NCBI RefSeq assembly: GCF_009914755.1
Contig: NC_060939.1
DNA from: the human T2T-CHM13v2.0 reference genome, Homo sapiens
Length of the DNA stretch: 64,000 nt
Direction: 5' to 3' (one strand)
Shown: positions 55,730 to 64,000 of the stretch, piece by piece
How the letters are laid out: every line of letters begins with the position of its first letter
How positions within the stretch are numbered: position 1 is the stretch's first letter
Program-made: the position numbers and the translations under genes
The notes under the pieces: generated by a model
Databases searched by the model: none
What the model was told of the DNA's origin: nothing
What the model saw: the letters and a program-made list of their open reading frames with translations, nothing else

Positions 55730-58700
55730 GGAACCTTATTTTATAATTTCACCAGCCTTTTAATCTAGGTTAAACTACAGTTAATGGTATTGAGTTTTAT
55801 ATTTTCTGGACCAAATAAGCTCATGTCAGTTGGAGAATACCATAGACAATTTTGTTGCATTGTATATTTTGGAGAGAATAGCAGAAATCATGAGTCTTCT
55901 AATGGTATTTCAGTATTTAACTGAATGTCAACAATCAATGGGTAGATTTCCATCTACTTTCTATTTGCGGGCCTTTCCTTTCTTCTGCTACCTCCAACAT
56001 CCTGTTTTAGCTTTGAATATATTTCTTTATTTGTGAGACAGCAGTTTCTGGAGTAGATCTTTGAGCCCAGTGAGATGTTCTTGAGACAAATGGGGAAAGT
56101 GTGAAAGAAATATGCCTTGGGACAGTAACTCCTCTGAGCAGTGGAAAGTGAAAACTCTCATTTTTGGATGGATAATTATTTGCTTGAACTTTGAGATGTT
56201 CTTTAAATATCCAAAAGCTGCTGACAGCCCAGGCCACAGTGAGCTTTCTCTCCTGATGTACAGTGGCGTGGCAATTACTCATAAAGGCCTGTACCTCTCC
56301 GCCCAATGTAATAATCTGGTAAGAAACTTCTGTTCAGAGAACCACAATGATAATGCTTTAGGTTAATGCCACAGACTTAGTCAATTAGTAAATATTTACA
56401 GTGTCCACTATGCACTCAACACCCTAAATTTAAATTTGTGTAGAATTTAAACATGAGGACTGAATTACAAGTACATAGGTCAGAACCCCCAACAGAGATG
56501 AAAGAGATATGAATCATCACTTTTATGCAGAGAAGAGACTAGCAAATGTTCTAGTTATAAAGGGTGGTTACACAGTGTGAAGGTGAGAAATAGTATGATT
56601 TTTAGGGCCTGGAGGGGATGGGCCCCCAGTGAATATCTTTGTATGGTTCAGCAGGTTGTACAAAACTAGTTAGATGCCATCAAGGGCTTGCAGTGGGGCT
56701 CAAATGGTGAACGTCAGTGCTTGTCCAACATCGCCATGGGTCAGGTTACTTGTAGCCAAGTAAATGCTTCTCACACCTATGACCTCACTTCAGCCCCTCA
56801 TATGAACAACAGTGCACAGCCCTATGCGCACAGCCAAGGCAGCACCTGTGTGGCGTCATTTTCCAGGCTGATGTCTGGAATTCCCCTTGTAAGTAAAGCA
56901 CTGAAGCTTCATTCCATAATGACTCACTGCCACTGCTCCAAAACACACCCCTCTTGTCCATCTGCCCATTTCCTGACCGCCCAGCATTCTTGGGCCTTGG
57001 CTCAACTGTGAGCCCAGCCTGACGTCTGCATCCACCCCTCCTTCTCACCTTCTCTTCTATTCCATCTCTTCCAGTGGTTCCCAGCTTTGAGTCCACCTCC
57101 TTCTTCTTTCTGCCTCCTTTGTTTGAACTCCTCTAGTATTTATAGTTGGTACTTCAGAGTTTAGTACTTCATTATATACAGATTTGTTGTACTATTTTCC
57201 AATTGTTTTATGGATGCTGTGTATCATACTTCTTTCATAGCCCCCACAGAGGTTAGAGTGATGTCTTTCGTCCCTGTGGGGAGTGAGGTGGAATGTCAGG
57301 AGGGCGTAGTTTGCAAAACATCCCTCCCAGTGGTACTGATGCCTTTTCGCAGGTTCTGTCCTCTTCATTTGCAAGCCACTGCTTTATCCACGAGGGTGCT
57401 CCCTACTTATGCCAGTGAATTAATTTTTGGTAAGTGGGGTAATTTTCTTTCCTAATCTCAGAGTAATATTTCTGCCATTTTTTATGAAACCATCTTCCTT
57501 GATGGCCAGTTCCTTGCCTCCCAGGAAACTGATGAGGAGGCAAGACGAATGTATTGGGAAAGCTCAGCGGAGGAAGAGCTCCTGAGGAGTGAGTGGCGTA
57601 GCTATCTGCTTCATGTGGGGCGCTCCTGCTCTGCAGTGTAGAGTATTTTTTAGGTGGACTAGGAGCAAATGCCTGCCTGATACAGGCAACGTTTGCACAA
57701 AAACCCAAAGGAAGAAGGCTGCTGGTAGGCTAGGGGTGGCAGGTGGGATTGCCCTTGGGCTTTAAAGAAGGCTGAGAAAACTTACTTCCAGAGTGGGAGG
57801 CAGGAGGAGTGAGCCTTGGAACAATAGTGGAGTGTTTGTGGTGGACGGACGGGAGAGAGGAACACTTGAGGGCATGAACTTACTTCTGTCTCTTTACTTG
57901 AAAAAGCAATCCACTGAGCTAAGACCCTAAAATACATCAACCCAGAGGGCTTCCTTTCGAGTTTTTAGTTTTTAGATCATTCGGTATCCTCAATGCAAAG
58001 ATGTGATAAAGTCAAGCTCAGGACTACTTGGGGACCAATTCTCATCCTCCTCATGTGTTACAATTCCTTAGCAGTTGCTTTAAAACTAACATTTTTCTAA
58101 TCTTGAAATATTTAATAAAGCAGCTTTCTGCTAAAGAGCTGAAAGCATTTTACGAACCTTATCTTGAGGATATCCGTGCATATTTTATTATTTTAAGTCA
58201 TTTTTTTTAGCCTACAGAATTTCATCAACTTCTTTCCTTCAGTTACACGTAAAGTAACCTCCCTTCCCCCATTTTATAGAAGAAAAAACAAATCTTCATA
58301 ATGTTTAGATAATTCACCCAAGGTCACTTGGCAGAATCTGGAATCAAACGCAGGTCTCCTGGTTCCAAAACCTTCGCCCCTGTGTCATTCAGTTATATCA
58401 CATGGACTCTTAAGTTAGGCCTCAAAATCCTCCAAAAGTGCAAGTGATCTGCCCAGAGCTGTACAGCACAGAATGTTCAGGGGGGTAAGGGTTGGAATAA
58501 CTCCAGATGGCACTGGAGACAAGTAGTGTAGAGACACAAATGGGATCCTCTCCCTCCTCTGACATCCAGAATCCAGAATCTCTGGGTCTTTCCACTTGGG
58601 TTGTGACCTACAAGTTGGGGGCAAAGCTCTTTAGCTCTCATAATCAGCAGGACTGATGGCGGAAGCTGGGCAGGGCTCCCTGGAGGCCCAGTGTTGGGCT

Positions 58701-60712
58701 GGCATGTTCAGCACCAGATAGGTGCCTATCTCACAATATCCCTTTTTCATTTCAGGCACAGATGAATCCTTCATATTTATCTGGATTTAGCTGGTAGCAT
58801 TTGTCTCCTAAGACTTGGTCACAGAGGAATCCATGTGACCTTCAGGCCTTCTGCTCTAAACTGGCAGGAGATCCTGTTTCTACTCACAGCGTCCGAGGTA
58901 TTTATAAAACAGAAATAAGTAAAGCATGCCTCAAAATGCTGTGCACACTATGTACTGTTGCCCCCAGAACCTTCTCTTGGTCTTGGAGGGCAAGGATCAC
59001 AGAGCTTTTTCTGCTGTCTCTCCCTGTGTAACAGGGTCTGGTGGCCGAGCCCTGAGGGGCGCTGTTGCTCCCAGGTGGCAGAATTCAGCATCAGAGAGCC
59101 ACACAGCTGAAAGAGATGGATGGGTGAGTGACCTCAGCTTTGCCCAGCTGGGGTGAGTGGGCCGAGCAAGTCTCTCCTTTGGCAAAATCATCTGGGCTTG
59201 TTCTCATCCCTGCTGAATTGGCAGGGGAGGAGAGGGTCGTGGCCCATTGGTCATTGGTCGGGTTTCCTCACAAATGCCTGCCATGGTGAAATGCAAGACT
59301 GTTAGAGTGATAATGGGCTGCACGTGTTAATGCTGTCATCACGGGCCCCACAGTGTGTATTAGCCAAGTACTGGGGGCACTGGGAGCCTTGTCTGCTCCC
59401 AGTCGGCGTTGGGAAACCAGAACGCTCAGGAACGGTGAGTCCCAGTTATTTTTATTTTCTCATTAACTGAGAGTAGCTGTAAGTCCTTTTCTGTTGCAGG
59501 TCTGGGTGAAACTTTCTTCTTTGCCTGCCTTAGGGAGTTAGATGGGTTGAGTGGTTCTTCAGGCAACGGTTGTGCCAGGCACTGGGTCTTGCCCTCCCAC
59601 CCCCATCTCCATTTCCTCCTTCTGGAAGCTTATTTCCAGACATAGAAGAGTGGGTGGCATCTCTATGGTGCCCAGGACAATCAATCTGGAGATGCCCTCT
59701 TCTTCAGTTGTATCCTTCTCTTAAAAATTCCAGTAAACTAGGCACTTGAGCTCATTGGGTTCTGGTAAACTGCAATTTTGCTTCTGATATTACAGAATTT
59801 AATTATGGTGTAGATTTTTAAAAATATGTTTAGGATAAATCTCACAATTCATATGCCTGTTCTCTTAGAAAATCTAGAACCTCCCTAGAGGAAACACCTG
59901 GCGTAAGATTTTTTTGTTTGTTCTCAGGTATGGATTCATGGTTTCTCAGTGAAAGAGAAAACAATTTTGCCTGTGATTTTACTAAGTGCTTTACCCATTC
60001 GTTCTCTCATAGCCAGTACTATTCTTTCAGCAGGGTTATTTGCTAGTGGAAGAGGCCAGCTTCCTTTCAGTATTTTAGTAAGGGCACGTAAAAGTGCCCG
60101 ATTAAATGTTCCTGTTTAACTGGTGACTCAGTCTTCAGACATTTTTAGTTTGGTAACTTTCTTTGTGGAAGCTCATGGGTTAGTAGCCATTCCTGACATT
60201 TAAATGTGAGGTTCACGTTTTCCTGCATTGGGTAACTTGACTCCCCCTGAGAACTTGTAGACTATTTTCTGAAATTCCAGCAGATTGAGTGTGTGACCTT
60301 ATGACTTTGTGGAAGAAATATGGCTAAATAAAACTGTTATCACATGAGTAGGTTTGCACAGAAAGACAATTTCAAGGACTTATCTTGAATACAACAAAGG
60401 GCAACCTTGCCGTAAATACATTTAATTATCTGTCAATCCCTCCAGTTCTCTTCTACTAAATTGTGTGTGACTTGATGATCCCTTCACCTTGTAGGACCTG
60501 GTTTGTAAGAGATGGACTGGATCAACCAAGGGCTTTATCCTTCCTTGTTATGGTAACCCACTCCTGCCCTTTCAGGGCAGTCCCTGGCTTGAGTTAGTTA
60601 ATGTTCAAAAATCAGTGTTTCTCAGCATCTCTGGAAAACAGGATTGGCCCTATTGTTTCCAGGGCTTTCCCATCCCTTCTGGCTTGAGGTGGTGGTGGTG
60701 GTGAGAGGAGGT

Positions 60713-61165
<453 letters not shown>

Positions 61166-63039
61166 CCAGAGTATTTGAGCACCGTGATGACTCCATTCCA
61201 CAGAACCCTCTGTGGGAGGACACGTGGTCCTAGACCAACACCGATTTGCTAAAAGGTGGGTCTGTGAGCTGCTGGCTAAGGTGCTCACTCACCTCATTAG
61301 ACCTTACCGAGAGTGAGAACAGGGCTGGGTCGCCAGGGCTGTGCAGTTCCCGAAGCCTCCTGGCTATGTTCTGAGGCTCTCCCATCCCATGGCAGTGAAA
61401 GACTCAGAGGACACAAAGGCACAACTCAGACGGGGATGGCTAGGCCTTCTCCCCAAAATCATCTGGGCTTGTTTTCGTCCCTGCAGAATGGTTTTTTTCC
61501 CCCTATGATGGCTCTGACTAATTTAGTTAAATGGCAGATAAAGTGGGGAGAAGGTGGCCCATTTCCTCCTTACTTTCTCTCCAAGGGTGTCATGTTGCCC
61601 ACATTTAAGGTTGACCACTTTTATCTGGTGTAGCAAGTTCAATAGTGACCCTCCAAAATTTATGTCCCATCTGAAACCAGTGAATGTGACCTTATTTGGA
61701 AATTGGGTCTTTGCAGATGTAATCAAGTTAAGATGGGGTTGTACTTTTATCTAAGCTGCCACCAAAGAGGCTGAAAAATCAGAATGACATGGGATGGAAA
61801 CAGACCATGTTTTTGGGGTGGTGTGCTGTGGCCTTCTGCTGTCCTTCTCCTGACATCCTCACAGGGTACTTTGGGGGACAAAGTTTTATCTCAGGGCATT
61901 ACAGTTTGCTGGGAGATCCAGGCTAGGCAAGAGGGGATTTTTACCTGCAGGGAAGAATGGGTAGTCTTTCCATGGGCAGGAGAAGCCCCTCAGCAGGAGA
62001 GGGGTGGTGTCAGGAGCAGGGGTTCCAGCTGTGCACTGCCAAGGATGCATTTTAGCACAGAAAACAAGAACAATGCATCTTGGAACTGTTTATGGGACAT
62101 GATGATCACCACTTAGTATCCAGTGATTTATTAAGTCTAACATGGTTCCATTTTAGAAGATATGGTTCCATTTTAGAAGAATCAAGAAGAGTATGTCCTG
62201 GAATTAATTTTAAACTCATTGGAGGAGGCCCAAGCAGTTAATCAGCTAGTGAGTTCATTGCTAATGAGACTTGTGTGTCAGTTAGGAAGGAGTATGTTTT
62301 GTGGTCGTTTCTATCTGTCAACTTAGGTTGTTTACTGAGGCAAAATGGAGGAAAGTTTAATAGTGGAGATGGTAATAGCGAATATTTTGCGGTAGTACCC
62401 CAAAATATTAAAAATATGGTAGTATTGTATGCCGGCATTGTTTTAAAATGCTCTTTATGTATTAACATGTTCAGTTTACAGATGGTGTTCAGAGGGATTA
62501 AGGAACTTGCCCCAGGACAAACACTGTGGCTGGATTTGGCACTGGCTGTGTCACTGCAGGACTGGACCCTAAATGAAATTTACATCTTCAACCAGATGGA
62601 ATTGGAACAGAGAAATCCTTTAGGGGTTTGGTTTGGTTTTCCTTGAGAGGTATTTGCCTTAGGACCCATAAGTATCAAAGCTTGTTGTGCTAGGTCCTTG
62701 AGGGTTGCAAGGAAGAGAGATCTCCCCCTCCCCCAGCTGTCTGTGTCCTCTGAGCTCTCTCACTTTGCTGATAGCTAAGAGGAAAGGAAAGGATGGTTCT
62801 GATAGCTGAATCACAGAGGCAAAGAAGCCAAGCCAATAAGTATTTATTCACAGAATGCAATTTGTATTATGTTAACAAGTCATCTGTGGGTGTTCATGTC
62901 AGTTAGCTGTCATCTGAATTGATGGGAGCGTGTCTGAGTAACAAGGGTCCTTTCAGAAGGAAGTGGCAAACGGTCCCTTCAGCCACTAAGGACAGGAGCG
63001 TGGAACTCCTGAGTCATGAGAGGTAATTTGGGCATATTC

Positions 63040-63420
63040 TCTCACCATTCTAGAAGCTAGAAGTTTGAAAACAGGTTTTACAAGGTTGGCTCCTTCCTTA
63101 GGCTCTGAAGGCAAGACTGTTCCCTGCTTGTCTCCTCTTCTGATGGTTGCCAGCCATCCTTGGCATTGCTTGCTGTAGATACGTGGCTCCAGTCTCCACT
63201 TCCATCTTCACGTGGCCTCCTCCCCTCTGTATCTGTGTCTTTGTATCCAGATTTCACTTCTTCCAAGGACACCAGTCATGGGGTTAGGACTCCCTCCAAC
63301 GAGTACGACCCCATCTTAACTTGATTACATTTGCAAAGACCCAATTCCAAATACCGTCACATTCACTGGTTTCAGATGGACATGAATTTTGTGGGGAGGG
63401 TCCCTATTCAACTTGCTACA
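63040..63420 (-). mobile_element. MLT1 (MaLR) LTR
   Basis: ctcaccattctagaagctagaag...ccatcttcacgtggcc...catcttaacttgattacat...acttgctaca. Confidence 0.85.
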
Positions 63421-64000
63421 CCAGGTAATGGGTTTCCTTTGTTTGGGATCTCTCTGCTCTGTTTGTTCGTGCTTTCCGCACTGTAAGTTGTGTCCTGTCA
63501 GTGAATATTGGTGTTCCAAGGCTGAAAGCATCACGATCCCATGCAGGTGGAATGAATATGATGAAATTATTGGCACAGCTGAAAGAAAATATATAACTGT
63601 TTAATTTATTTGAAGAAAGAACAAAGGCCCTGAGGGTTGTTAGTTCTTAAGAATTTTACTGTGTAATCATCTATGAAGTAGGCTGGAAAATGGCCGTTTT
63701 CTGTTACAAAGTACAGCGATAGTTTTTTCCTGTGCTCTTTAGCCGAGGACCGCAATTCTATCCCTAGAATCTCAGACATTTCTAGCTGAAAGAGACCTTT
63801 GGCATCATCTACTTCTAATCTAACCTTCTCATTTTACAGATGGGGCCTTTAGGGCCCAAAAAGATTAAGTGCCTTGATTCAAGGTCATCAGCCAGGAAAG
63901 GGCAGAGCAGACACTAGGACCCAGGTCTCAGAGCCCCCAGACTGGAGCTTTTCCCAGTGCAGTGGCAGTTTCTCACTCTATCTGTGCCTCCATCTGAAAA

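Noticed and set aside
59048-59082. CTCF-like motifs (ctgaggggcgctg, cccaggtggcag)
   Set aside because: Only partial matches to the consensus; cannot be supported without PWM scoring or ChIP data.

Overview
This is primate (human-type) genomic DNA and is mostly repeat-derived, with no intact protein-coding exon. Bases 1-4806 are the 5' part of a dead L1PA3-like LINE-1 on the minus strand, so its antisense promoter points rightward. About 4.8-42 kb is a dense nest of Alus, older L1/L2/MIR fragments, solo LTRs (THE1, MLT1, LTR14-, LTR47-, MER4-like) and hAT MITEs. A CpG-island promoter at about 42.6-44.1 kb carries a non-coding first exon ending at a CAG|GTAAAG donor (43417). I recognise this exon from memory as ABHD2 exon 1 (15q26.1), so the rest of the window would be its intron 1 and the left part the MFGE8-ABHD2/CARMAL interval. 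The most unusual signal is at least four short (95-200 bp) segments copied 1-3 kb from a nearby paralogous segment, in direct or inverted orientation, at about 85-93% identity by hand alignment. Two of them sit inside unrelated LTRs, which suggests fossil locally templated insertions. Repeat subfamily names and the gene identity come from recalled sequences and were not checked by any search.
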